From positions 1 through 64,000 of the forward strand of contig NIVC01001649.1 of the NCBI GenBank assembly GCA_002269645.1: a stretch of 64,000 nt of DNA, given 5' to 3'. The number at the start of each line of letters is the position of its first letter. Position 1 is the first letter of the stretch. This document shows, one piece after another, positions 36,085 through 47,604 of the stretch. This DNA is from Macrostomum lignano (Eukaryota). A program made the position numbers and the translations under genes. Under the pieces are notes generated by a model that did no database searches, was not told the origin of the DNA, and was given only the letters and a program-made list of their open reading frames with translations.

Positions 36085-36615
36085 TCTATGGATAATCCAT
36101 CTGTATTTCTATCGATAATCCATCTGTAATTCTATCGATAATCCATATGTAATTCTATCGATAATCCATCTGTTGTTCTATCGATAATCCATCTGTATTT
36201 CTGTCGATAATCCATCTGTAATTCTATCGATAATCCATCTGTAATTCTATCGATAATCCATCTGTAATTCTATCGATAATCCATCTGTAATTCTATCGAT
36301 AATCCATTTGTAATTCTATCGATATTCCATATGTAATTCTTTTGATAATCCATCTGTAATTCTATCGATAATCCATCTGTAATTCTTTTGATAATCCATC
36401 TGTGGTTCTATCGATAATCCATCTGTAATTCTCATGATAATCCATCTGTGATTCTATCGATAATCCATCTGTAATTCTTTTGATAATCCATCTGTAATTC
36501 TCTCGATAATCCATCTGTAATTCTTTTGATAATCCATCTGTAATTCTATCGATAATCCATCTGTAATTCTATCGATAATCCATCTGTGGTTCTATCGATA
36601 ATCCATCTGTAATCC
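36085..36615. repeat. 23-bp minisatellite CCATCTGTAATTCTATCGATAAT (about 23 copies)
   Basis: Tandem copies in MAN2A intron 3; its reverse complement is related to the 34.5-35.3 kb array. Confidence 0.97.
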
Positions 36616-36671
36616 CTGTGACTATATGTAGATAGTCCACTGCATTGATAATCCCGCTAATCCCAGCTCAC

Positions 36672-37259
36672 CCCGCCCCCCATGATGTAGGCGCCGCGCC
36701 TGGACTTCGCCAGCCCGAGATAGCCGAGCTCCAGCCCGAAGCCGGTGGCCGCCACGCCGCCGTCGCTGCCGCCGAGCTGCTGGACGCTGACAAAGTCGGG
36801 CTCGCCGCCGGCCAGAGTAAAGTTGATGGCCAGCACGGAGTTGGCCAGAGTCAGCTGACTCCGGCCGGCGGTTTCGTCCAGTCGGCCGATTTTCGGCCAC
36901 ACGGAGCTGCTGTGAGGGAAGTTCATGGCCAGCCGGGCTGGCGGGCAGCGGACAGTGGGTTCCGAATTGTCCGGCCCGGCCGAGAATCCGACTCGAGTGG
37001 CCGACAGCGGCGGCATCTGCAGGCAGACCAGCAGGTCGAATTCGGACTCGCTGATGCCGCCGGAGATGCCGTTGAAGTGCGGCTCAACCTGGCAGCGAAG
37101 CCGGAGACTGTCGGCCGCCGAAGGCGAGGACGGCCGGTTCAGCAGCCGGACCGTGGCGGCGGAGGCTGGCGGGCCGCGCAGGACAACCGTGAGACAGTCG
37201 TAGCGACTCTGGCCGATGGAGTTCACTATGAGCAGCTCGCCTGGCAACTGCTTGGGGAT
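36672..37259 (-). CDS. MAN2A: Golgi alpha-mannosidase II exon 3
   Basis: Acceptor aatctcgcag|, translation IPKQLPGELLIVNSIGQSR..RRGAYIMGGG (SGAYLF-like motif), donor GGG|GTGAGC. 588 nt, phase 0-0. Confidence 0.85.
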
Positions 37260-37344
37260 CTGCGAGATTTTAGGATTGGCTGCTGCTTTGAGACAGCGAC
37301 TGCGGAACATCGAGAGAGACAGAAGCTATTACCTAGCAGCTACA

Positions 37345-38050
37345 TGGGGGAGACGCTAAAGGAGAGACACTACATGAGAGACGCTAAAGGGGGAGACGCT
37401 AAAGAGGGAGACGCTAAAGGGGGAGACGCTAAAGGGGGAGACACTAAAGGGGGAGACGCTAAAGGGGGGACACTACATGGGAGACACTAAATGGGAGACA
37501 CTAAATGGGAGACGCTACAGGGGAGACGCTACAGGGAAGACGCTACGGAAGAAGCTACAGAAAAAGCTACGGAAGAAGCTACTGAAGAAGCTACTGAAGA
37601 AGCTACGGAAGAAGCTACTGAAGAAGCTACGGAAGAAGCTACGGAAGAAGCTACGGAAGAAGCTACGGAAGAAGCTACGGAAGAAGCTAGTAAGCTACAG
37701 AATAAGCTGCGGAAGAAGCTAGTAAGCTACGGAAGAAGCTACTGAAGAAGCTACGGAAGAAGCTAGTAAGCTACGGAAGAAGCTACGGAAGAAGCTACTG
37801 AAGAAGCTACGGAAGAAGCTACGGAAGAAGCTACGGAAGAAGCTACGGAAGAAGCTACTGAAGAAGCTACGGAAGAAGCTAGTAAGCTACGGAAAAAGCT
37901 AAGGAAGAAGCTAGTAAGCTACGGAAGAAACTAAGGAAGAAGCTAGTAAGCTACGGAAGAAGCTATTAAGCAAAGGAAAAAGCTAAGGAAGAAGCTAGTA
38001 AGCTAAGGAAGAAGCTAAGGAAGAAGCTAGTAAGCTACGGAAGAAGCTAC
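37345..38050. repeat. Compound array: 15-bp GGGAGACGCTAAAGG followed by 12-bp GAAGAAGCTAC(G/T)
   Basis: Fills nearly all of MAN2A intron 2. Confidence 0.95.
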
Positions 38051-38114
38051 AATAGACTCCCAGCTATGCTGGGAACTGTAGAACCAAAGCAGCCCCGCCC
38101 AAGACTTGCGTTAC

Positions 38115-38475
38115 CTCAAAGCCCACCGGCCCGGGCAGCCGCGGCGGTTTCCGCCAGCCGCCATCGAACGCGTCGGCAAAGACAGGCGGCGAGTCAATGG
38201 AGCCGCCAAGCAGGCTGGCAAGTGCGCCGGCCAGCGCCTCCACGGAGCGGTTGAATGCGCCAGGCAACACCTTGGCCAGGTACTGCTCCTCGATCACCTC
38301 CTGTGTAGATGTGCCAGTGATGGAGTCGTGATGCTGGAACAGTGACAGATTACGGCGAGCCCAGTCTAGCCTGGGATAAATCTGCTTGTACAGCTGCTTA
38401 TCGGCGCTATGAAGAGCCGCTTTGGTGGAGAAGATCTCTGCCGCTCTTAGTAGGGATTCAATCTCGCGACTGCAC
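38115..38475 (-). CDS. MAN2A: Golgi alpha-mannosidase II exon 2 (middle domain)
   Basis: Acceptor ttcaatccag|, translation (R)CSREIESLLRAAE..ARRNLSLFQHHDSITGT..VGFE, donor GAG|GTAACG. Phase 2-0. Confidence 0.93.
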
Positions 38476-38735
38476 CTGGATTGAATGAACATTTGCCTAG
38501 GAAGGTTAAATATTCTGTAGCTTCTTTTGGACAGTAGAACTACAAAAACTACACGGGCTACACAGCTACAACAAGTTGAGTTTTTGAATGTAGACTTCAA
38601 GGCACTCTCCAATCCCTTCAAAATGCCTTTCCTCTGTACTCGGTGCCTGCACAGGATGCTTGTCGTGCGATTCACACCCATGAGAGCCAACTCCCAAGGC
38701 ACATACTGTTCTGTGGAAGCCCCCAAAATCCGTAC

Positions 38736-40138
38736 CGCTTCAACCCGGGCCGGGATGTGAAGTAGCCGCTCCAGTAGTCCTCGTCCTTGTCAGTGTAAGT
38801 GAAAAAATCGCCCATAAAGCTTGGCAGCCGCTCCCTCTCCGGTCGCTTCGCCAGCTGGGCTCGAAGCTCGGTAAAATAATCCTTCATAGTGCCGAATTTG
38901 ATCTCCACATTCATGCTGGACTGACTGTTCATGTAGTCCATCAGCTTTTTGTAGTTGTTGTACTGCTGGTTCCACTCCTCCTCCCGGTCCCAGCGGAAAT
39001 CGTCGCCCAGCGGCATCATGAGGACATTGTGCCTGTAGAATTTGCTCTTGGCCTCCAGCTGCTGGAACAGCATGTCCGACAGGCGGTTCACATTCTTCGG
39101 ATCGACGTTGGTGCCCAGACTCTCCGACAATTCGCCATCAATATTGCGAAAGTCGAAATACAAGCAGAATGACGGGTTGGGGCCGCACGAGTACTTGATC
39201 TGGTACAGCATGAACGGCAGCACGCTGGTGAGCAGCTGGGTGTCTGGGCCGCGGCCCGAACTGCTCCAGAAGGTCTGCCAGTTGAACTCCAACGCCCGTT
39301 CGCGCCGCAGCATGTCCTTGATGTGCTCGTTAATGCGCAGTATAACATAATTTTGGATGCCGGCAAGGGACTGCAGATGAGGCGAGAGCAGCGAATACCC
39401 GAACGGATCAACATTCCAGTAGGTTTCGGGTGCGACGCCCAGGTTCTGCTTAATCCACAGGTGACCGTCCAGCATTTGATTTATTAGCGCAAAATAATGC
39501 GTAGAAGCTTCATCTGGGGATACCCAGCCTCCGCTGGTGATCTCTAAACGACCCTGCTTGACCAGGGACTTCATGGCCGCCCGCTGGTCTGGCGTGGCCT
39601 CTGAGAACCAGGTGCTGAGGAATACAGCCTCAGTCCAGATGAAGCGCATTTCCGGCCACTTAGTCAGGTACTTGAGCGCATAGTTGAGCACATTGCGAGT
39701 CTGCAGATGATAATAACTATCGTACGATTTCAACCAATTCGGATCATTATGCGAGTGAGGCACTACAAACACTGTTAGCTTCTCGCCCTTGGGCTTCAGG
39801 GCTTCAAGCGACTTGGGCACTTGGACGCCATTCTCAAATGTGACAGCCTTGGGGTCGTAGCGCCTGTCGAACTTGCCAAGCAGCTGGTTGGCAAAGAAAG
39901 TCTTGACGCCAACTGACTGCTGGTTAATCCGAGTGCACCGATTGCTCAGAGCTCCTTGGAGCTTCGGCTTGGGCAATGGATTGAGCAAGTCAGCCAGCTG
40001 CGGCTCCTTGGCATCGAGTGAGTCATCATTGATTGACAAGGACTGCTCCCGGTGATAGCTGAGTGAAAAGTAGGTCAGCACTAGAAATGCAATGGCAAAC
40101 AGAGCTAGTAGGCACCAAATGCGCGTCTTGAACCGCAT
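38736..40138 (-). CDS. MAN2A: Golgi alpha-mannosidase II exon 1: type II TM anchor, stem and GH38 catalytic domain
   Basis: MRFKTRIWCLLALFAIAFLVLTYFSL (TM), VPHSHNDPNW (Zn ligands), GRLEITSGGWVSPDEA, WNVDPFGYS (nucleophile Asp), PLGDDFRW, YWSGYFTSRP. Donor CG|GTACGG, phase 2. Confidence 0.96.
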
Positions 40139-43100
40139 GCTTGCCAGCAGGAAGTGAAGGATCTTCCAATTTACCTTGGGTAATTTTGAGTTTCACTGGG
40201 CTTTTAGCATGAGTTATTATGAAGTTTTAAGATTATTTTATTATAAGCATTAATGTCTAAAGCTTTTGAAAATCATAAATATACATATATAAGCACAGTT
40301 TATACTTTGTCTAATTGAAAAAAAGTTTTGCTTGAAAAAGTAGTATTAATAATATGAATGTCTGTTGTTGAAATTTTAAAAGATGTACAAAGAATACTAC
40401 ATGTTTTTGACATTCTTGTTCTTATTATTTTTGTTTAGCAATGTTAAAATAGAAAATCATAGATAGGTGCTTATTTGAAAAAAATGAGAAAAAAAATTAG
40501 ATAATCTTTTAAGAATAAAAAAGTAAATAATGTAACCTACTGTGACGTTGCTAGTATAAGGGGGTCCCATAAAAAGGCCATTGGACTGCAATTTCACTAT
40601 AATTTCTCGGTTAAAATTTTCCAATAGTTTATTCTCACATTTACTTGTAGTAGCGCCCAATGAATCTGTATCAATCGCTAATTCACTGTGTATTTGGTAA
40701 ACCTTGTGTTCATCTGTAAAATCTAGCACAATTGATATTTTCAAGTTCTTGTTTTTTCCCCCACCAGCCAATGAAAACTCTCTGCGTGTATTATGCTAAC
40801 CTTTCTGTGCTCTTTATTAACCCCCACCTGGCGGCGGCCTGGGGGTCTTCACCTTGTTTTCCTCTTCCCCCCTTGTGGCCTCTCGTTTTCCTTCTCTCTC
40901 CTTATCTCTTGCCACGGCCCACCCTGTCTGGGCCCATCTCGCCAGCCAGACTTGTTTACGCCTTTCTACTGCCTGTCTATTCTCCTAGTGCCACCGCACT
41001 GTTTGCTCACTGCCATCATTCGCCACTTGGGATCACCTTCATCGTGCTCAACCGCCTTCAACTTAACTCAACTTATTGTTGCGCTGCCGCCAGTGCCCAG
41101 TATAGTAGTCCACTATATTGAAACTGTTAACCTTTGTGTCAATCTGACTACTACTCAAATAAACAAGCCTCCGGCCAACTTGTTGCTGCTATATTGCCAG
41201 TGCTACCACTACAAACTGCTGTGTTGTCTGAACCAGTACTTCATCACCAAGACAAAAACTTGTGACATTACATTTGGCTAAATTTTGATTTAGCAGAAAA
41301 TGCTTATAAAAGACCAAAAGAAAGCAAAGATTATGATTATGAAAAGGTTATGACCTTTTTCCTAAAAATTGACCTATAAAAAGCATTGAGTTAGGCATGT
41401 CAAGAAAAATTATTTATAGAAGGAAGTAGATCTAAAAATTAGGTATAAACTATATAGTTTGATGCATAAAAGGATTTATTATATAAAAATGATATAAAAG
41501 CCTCTTGCACATTATCTTAAACAAATTCATTTTGTAGCTTGTTATTCCTAGCAAAATGCAATTTCAAATATTGATTTATTATGACCCTGTCCCTACAATA
41601 TCATGGTGCAATGTGCATGGCCGTATGATCGTAACAGATAGCTGTGAGGTAAAATTCTGGTTAGTTTATCAAGTAAAAAATAATTACATTACAACTTATT
41701 TTACTATTCTATTTTTAAATATCATTAGATAGAGTAGTCCTATAAAACAAGATAACAAAATTACCATCTCATTAGAAAACATTTTTAGTTTATAGGAACT
41801 AGGAAGTTCGCCAGTCACTGTCACTGTCGTCAAAGCTGTGAGCTGTCGGTCAGTTTACCATTTAAAGATTCCTATAAAATCCTAATGGACAAAATCGCGC
41901 GAAATTTATGTCATTTAAAACACATAGTTATGTGTCTTGGTAAGGGACTTGCAAAATACGAGAAATAAACGAGAAAATAAACAGCATAGTTGTTGATAAT
42001 CCAAAAAGATAGAAAATAATTTACTTTTTAACACTAAACAGCTTCGACTTACTGCGATGATTAATGACAATATTTTAAAATTAAAATTAAGTTTTATGAG
42101 TTGAATTATAAGTAATTTGTAAAAACATTTATTTCATATTTGAACATCGCATATGGGTCAGGACAACTGGACCATTTTTAATACAGTCAGTCTGTGAGGT
42201 ACTATTATTTAATGAGTAATCTATAATTCCTTATTATGCTGATTTTCCTCATTGGGTTGTCTTTAAAACGTTTACTTTTACTTGACAATTCTGTCCCCAA
42301 ATAACCAAATTCAGTTTTTTGCTTTCGGTATATTACACTTAGTGGTTATTACTATTCGTAATTCGTAATTCTTTTATTAGTTCACTATTGAATATCACTA
42401 ATCAGATATTGCCTATGCCATGCTATTGTCATTGATTGTATTGCTATAATGCTATTTTATCTTTACAGCATAGGTTTTAAATATAAGTATTAATATTTAT
42501 TATTAGACCCTGATTTTAACTTGTGCGATTAAGTTGCATTATAATTTGAAGCATACTGATTAAAGGACATTGCAACACATTTTCTTGATGCTTAGTATGT
42601 ATGAATTTCCTATAAAAATTTGAATCCATATTTAAAAGCTTGAACTTGAAATATATTTAATTTTGGTAGGCCTTATTTTAATAGATTTTCTATTTGTTAA
42701 TAGTAGTAAAGAAATTAGTACTAATACAGTATATTGGTAATTAATGATAGGCATAAAATATTTGTGTATTTTCATAAATGGATCATGTTTTCATTCAACT
42801 TTAGTTATAACATCTTATTATTATAATGAAGTTTTTGTTTTTTTGTTTTTTATAATAATTTATACCTTATATGAAATATTTACTTGGGCTTTCTTGTGTA
42901 ATTTATGCCATCAAGTGCCATATAGTCTGTATGTCTTAAGATTAGAATGTACTATTTTATACCCTATGTTAGTATATGCCTATATGTATATTGATATGCA
43001 TACAATATATAATGATCAGGGTCAATAGGATGGCCATAGCTGTTTGCCTGTCTGCTACTGGCAGGTCAATGGTCACCTGTCACCAATACCAAATGCCTCA

Positions 43101-43563
43101 AGCCAAGTAACCAAATCTACACATGCAACACTTCACTCTCTATGACAGTATATATATGACAGCATTTAACCATATTTTCATTTTTTCCTTAGTTTCCCTT
43201 CGTTCCAATACTTCGACATTCCCTGCGCTGGCTGCTGCACAGTGCACAGTCACGTGACAGATTAACGCGTCCTCCCCGATCTGCTTTATCCTCATTGGCT
43301 GACTAGGGCGAGTGGCGAACATCGGCAGGGGCGAGGGGGCGATGGGAGCTCCGAAGGGCCGACTGGTGCAGGAAAATCTCAGTTTAAACGTGTCCAACTC
43401 TCTCGCCCCATCCCTCTGTCCCTCACTTCCCATTCCTCCTATCCGCCAGGCCTTGGCAGCCGGCCTCAATCCGCCCGCCTTCGCCCGCTTTGCAGCGCCG
43501 ACTGATTCTCGTTAACGCCATCGAGTCTGGCTGGCCAGCCGGGCCCTCCTACCCGGTCCGCTC

Positions 43564-43701
43564 ATGACCTCCCAGTCCGGCGGTTCCGCCGCGTCGCCTC
43601 GACGTCCCGTCGGCAGTGGCGGCAGCGGCGGCGGCGGCAATAAAGTTCAGACTGTTAAAGTGGTGCTGCTGGACGATACGGTGAATTCGTTTCAAGTTCC
43701 G
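43564..43701 (+). CDS. FARP: FARP1/2 (Cdep)-like FERM protein exon 1
   Basis: MTSQSGG..KVVLLDDTVNSFQVP matches the FARP-type LDDT..FxVP start of the FERM domain. Donor CCG|GTGAGT. Confidence 0.88.
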
Positions 43702-43809
43702 GTGAGTCTTTTGTGTTTGAATTTTTTATTGATGGCTGCAGTTAAACACGCTTTGATAAGGACTTTGACGAATAGAGAAAGGACCCTTGGAATTTGGTAA
43801 CCTCCTGGA

Positions 43810-44545
43810 ATCTCCTTTTACAACTTCACGTGAATCGCCATTCACACCTTCATGTGAATCGCTATTCACACCTTCATGTGAATCGCCATTCACACCTTCA
43901 TGTGAATCGCTATTCACACCTTCATGTGAATCGCTATTCACACCTTCATGTGAATCGCCATTCACACCTTCATGTGAATTGCTATTCACACCTTCATGTG
44001 AATCGCCATTCACGCCTTTACGTGAATCGCCATTCACGCCTTTACGTGAATCGCCATTCACACCTTCATGTGAATCGCTAATCACACCTTCATGTGAATC
44101 GCTATTCACACCTTCATGTGAATCGCTATTCACACCTTCATGTGAATCGCTATTCACACCTTCATGTGAATCGCCATTCACACCTTCATGTGAATTGCTA
44201 TTCACACCTTAATGTGAATCGCTATTCACACCTTCATGTGAATCGCTATTCACACCTTCATGTGAATCGCTATTCACACCTTCATGTGAATCGCTATTCA
44301 CACCTTCATGTGAATCGCTATTCACACCTTCATGTGAATCGCCATTCACACCTTCATGTGAATCGCCATTCACACCTTCATGTGAATCGCCATTCACACC
44401 TTCATATGAATCGCCATTCACACCTTCACGTGAATCGCCATTCACACCTTCATGTGAATCGCCATTCACACCTTCACGTGAATCGCCATTCACACCTTCA
44501 TGTGAATCGCCATTCACACCTTCACGTAAATCGCCATTCATACCT
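43810..44545. repeat. 24-bp minisatellite GTGAATCGC(T/C)ATTCACACCTTCAT with an internal hairpin
   Basis: About 30 copies, about 110 nt after the FARP exon 1 donor. Confidence 0.97.
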
Positions 44546-46044
44546 TTGAATTAAAAAAGCTGAAACTCATAAATCTCAACGATTCGAACCAGCAATGGTC
44601 GCCAATTGCACAGGGTATTTAATCCGGCATCTCAAGCCCCACATGCTTACAGTCGGCCCAGTTTCATTCTGTTATTGGCGTAAATAAATCGTATCGCTAC
44701 CCCGTGCCAGAGCGCTTCTCCTGCAGCCAGAAACCGGTGGAAGGGGCGGGCAAAAGTCTGCTTTCGCTGGCCTTGGCTCCCGGCCCCTGGGGACTCTTTC
44801 GCCTGCTCCAAAGCTTTGGTTTGAACGAAAAAACGTCGGGGCAAAGTAAGGAAAAGCTCCTTCAAAACTCACTGGCCGTCTCTATTTCTTGCATGTTTCC
44901 TCTGCTCTTGCTGCTTCCTATTTGCTTGCTTCTCTCTCTCTCTGCTTGGCTGCTCCCGTGTCCAGCTAGGGGGGGGGGGCTCTGTAGATGCGGCTGGTTG
45001 CAGCAGCGGCCCAGCTTCCTGCCTTAATTTCAATTGATCACCGGTCGCGTCCACTCTGATGATAATACTCAACGATGCCTGCCCCTTCTCTGCCCCCTCT
45101 CTCCCTCTCCACCCGCCTCTCCGTCACGGGCGTCCAGCGTAAAGCGACCAAGTTTTTCCGTGTTTTTTTTTAACACAAATCGTAAATACTGAAGCCGCTG
45201 GCCTTTTATAGAGCTACTGCAGAACGTACTATTGCGTATTGACCCTCAAATTATCATAGAAATTCTATTGTCGATTTTCGTCTAAATAAAGCTGTTTCTG
45301 CTTTTCCTAGAAATATTCCTATTGATAGTTTTCCAAGAAATGCCTCTTTCTTAGAAACACCACTGCTTCTGGTTTTAAGAATGCATATGTTGGCTTTCCT
45401 AGAAACTGAACTGCTTCTGGGTTTCTTAGAAATGCCAATGACTTTCATAGAAATACCCCTGCTTCTGGGTTTCCTAGAAATAATAGTGTCTCAGGCTTTC
45501 CTAAAAATGCGACTGCTTCTCAATTTTATTAGTAACGCCACTGCCGGCCGATTCTTAAAAAAATTATCGCTTTTTGTTGTACTTCTGCTTCTGGCTTTCC
45601 TAGAAATACTTCTGCTGCAGACTATCTGTCTCTCTCTCACTCTCCGCGTCCTGCGATGAACTTTACGAGTTGCGCGCCTTTTTCTAGTTTTGTTTTTCTC
45701 TGGCTTGAATTTTTGCTGCCACGCCAAAGCATTAAGCAGCAGCATGCCAGTCTGGGCTCTGCCATACCAGCAGCCGCCTCCAGGATATAATTATATAAAG
45801 GTTTTGTCAAACTGGTAAAAATCTCGGTCTGTTGTCCCACAAACTTTCAGTGAACTTTAGCAACCACTAAAACAGTCGAGTGGCCACGAATGTTTGCAGT
45901 GATTTTTCGAGCTCGTCAAGCTTTTTTAGAGCAGTTGTTGGCAAACTTTTATCTCAAAGGCCAGATAGAAAATCTGTGAGCATAGCTCATGGCTGCTGGC
46001 CAGATGAGAGAGGAGACGGAAGAGGGAAAACAGAAGCGAGGTGA

Positions 46045-46080
46045 GAGAGAAGAGAGAGAGAGAGAAAGAGAGAGAGAGAA

Positions 46081-46139
<59 letters not shown>
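46045..46139. repeat. (GA)n microsatellite
   Basis: Interrupted GA run. Confidence 0.95.
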
Positions 46140-46141
<2 letters not shown>

Positions 46142-46237
46142 CCGGATTGCTATTGCTATATACGGGAAGTTTCAAAGGACCCGAGGGTCGGATTGAGAGG
46201 CTTTGCGGGCCGCATGTTTTAACCCTTGTGAAAGTTC

Positions 46238-46908
46238 GAGCTTCAATCTTGTGAAGGCTGGAGCTTCAATCTTGTGAAGGCTGGAGCTTCAATCTTGTGA
46301 AGGCTGGAGCTTCAATCTTGTGAAGGCTGGAGCTTCAATCTTGTGAAGGCTGGAGCTTCAATATTGTGAAGGCTGGAGCTTCAATCTTGTGAAGGTTGGA
46401 GCTTCAATCTTGTGAAGGCTGGAGCTTCAATCTTGTGAAGGCTGGAGCTTCAATCTTGTGAAGGCTGGAGCTTCAATCTTGTGAAGGCTGGAGCTTCAAT
46501 CTTGTGAAGGCTGGAGCTTCAATCTTGTGAAGGCTGGAGCTTCAATCTTGTGAAGGCTGGAGCTTCAATCTTGTGAAGGCTGGAGCTTCAATATTGTGAA
46601 GGCTGGAGCTTCAATCTTGTGAAGGCTGGAGCTTCAATCTTGTGAAGGCTGGAGCTTCAATATTGTGAAGGCTGGAGCTTCAATCTTGTGAAGGTTGGAG
46701 CTTCAATCTTGTGAAGGCTGGAGCTTCAATATTGTGAAGGCTGGAGCTTCAATCTTGTGAAGGCTGGAGCTTCAATATTGTGAAGGCTGGAGCTTCAATA
46801 TTGTGAAGGCTGGAGCTTCAATCTTGTGAAGGCTGGAGCTTCAATCTTGTGAAGGCTGGAGCTTCAATCTTTTGAAGACTGGAGCTTCAATCTTGTGAAG
46901 GCTGGAGT
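46238..46908. repeat. 23-bp minisatellite AAT(C/A)TTGTGAAGGCTGGAGCTTC
   Basis: About 29 tandem copies. Confidence 0.97.
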
Positions 46909-47403
46909 CCGTGAGAGCAACCCGAATATTGGCCAGGTGTGGCCCTTGCTTGGAGATTCTATTTGAGCAGCGCTTCACTCCAGCCCCCCCCCCTGACAGT
47001 CAACAAATAATAAATGATGCAGCGCCAGTTTAAGCCTCAGCAGCGAAAGCAACCTGACTGATTAGTAAGCCGGCCCATCTGATAGCCGTGATTAGCCGCC
47101 CCGCCCGCCGGCTTCCTGATTGCCGGCCCGGTGCCGAGTCCTCCGCCTACAATTCGATTATCGATCCGGCGCCAAGCCGGCTCTGCCGATTCTTCTGTCC
47201 AGTAATTTAATATGGCCGGATTATTAATGAAGCCCCTCTAGCAGCCCAGCTCTCAACTTTGCCCAGTCAGCCAGCCGTGCAAGCCGCTGGTCACGCTTTT
47301 CCACATCAAGTGTGATAGCTGAACATCAGAGCATTGGCGGGGTTGCACAGTTTATAATGTAGCTGTCTTGTTGTTTTCTAAATGCCTACGCTTGGATTTG
47401 CAG

Positions 47404-47508
47404 TGCCGCGTGCCCGGCCAAGAACTGTTCAATGCGGTTGTGAAGAAGCTGCGGCTGCTTGAGATTGACTATTTCGACTTGGAGTTCCTGTCCAAGGAGG
47501 GTCGCCAG
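47404..47508 (+). CDS. FARP: FARP-like FERM exon 2
   Basis: ttggatttgcag|CRVPGQELFNAVVKKLRLLEIDYFDLEFLSKEGRQ|GTGCGT, phase 0-0. Confidence 0.92.
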
Positions 47509-47604
47509 GTGCGTCTGCGGTTCTTGTTTGCAGCTTTATGAGTGCAGCTTTAGTCTTGTTTAATTAGCAGTCTGTGTGACTGACTCAACGTCATCATGCC
47601 TCCC

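Noticed and set aside
37477-38050. (EEAT)n and (KKLR)n ORFs resembling coiled-coil or antifreeze proteins
   Set aside because: They are a 12-bp array lying antisense inside MAN2A intron 2, whose flanking exons join in phase without it.
40140-40174. Possible 35-nt 5' UTR intron just upstream of the MAN2A ATG
   Set aside because: Shorter than any supported intron here, with an AAG acceptor; it cannot be supported without transcripts.
40790-41260. GC-richer block as a solo LTR or other mobile element
   Set aside because: No TG..CA termini, target-site duplication, terminal inverted repeats or coding remnant could be identified.
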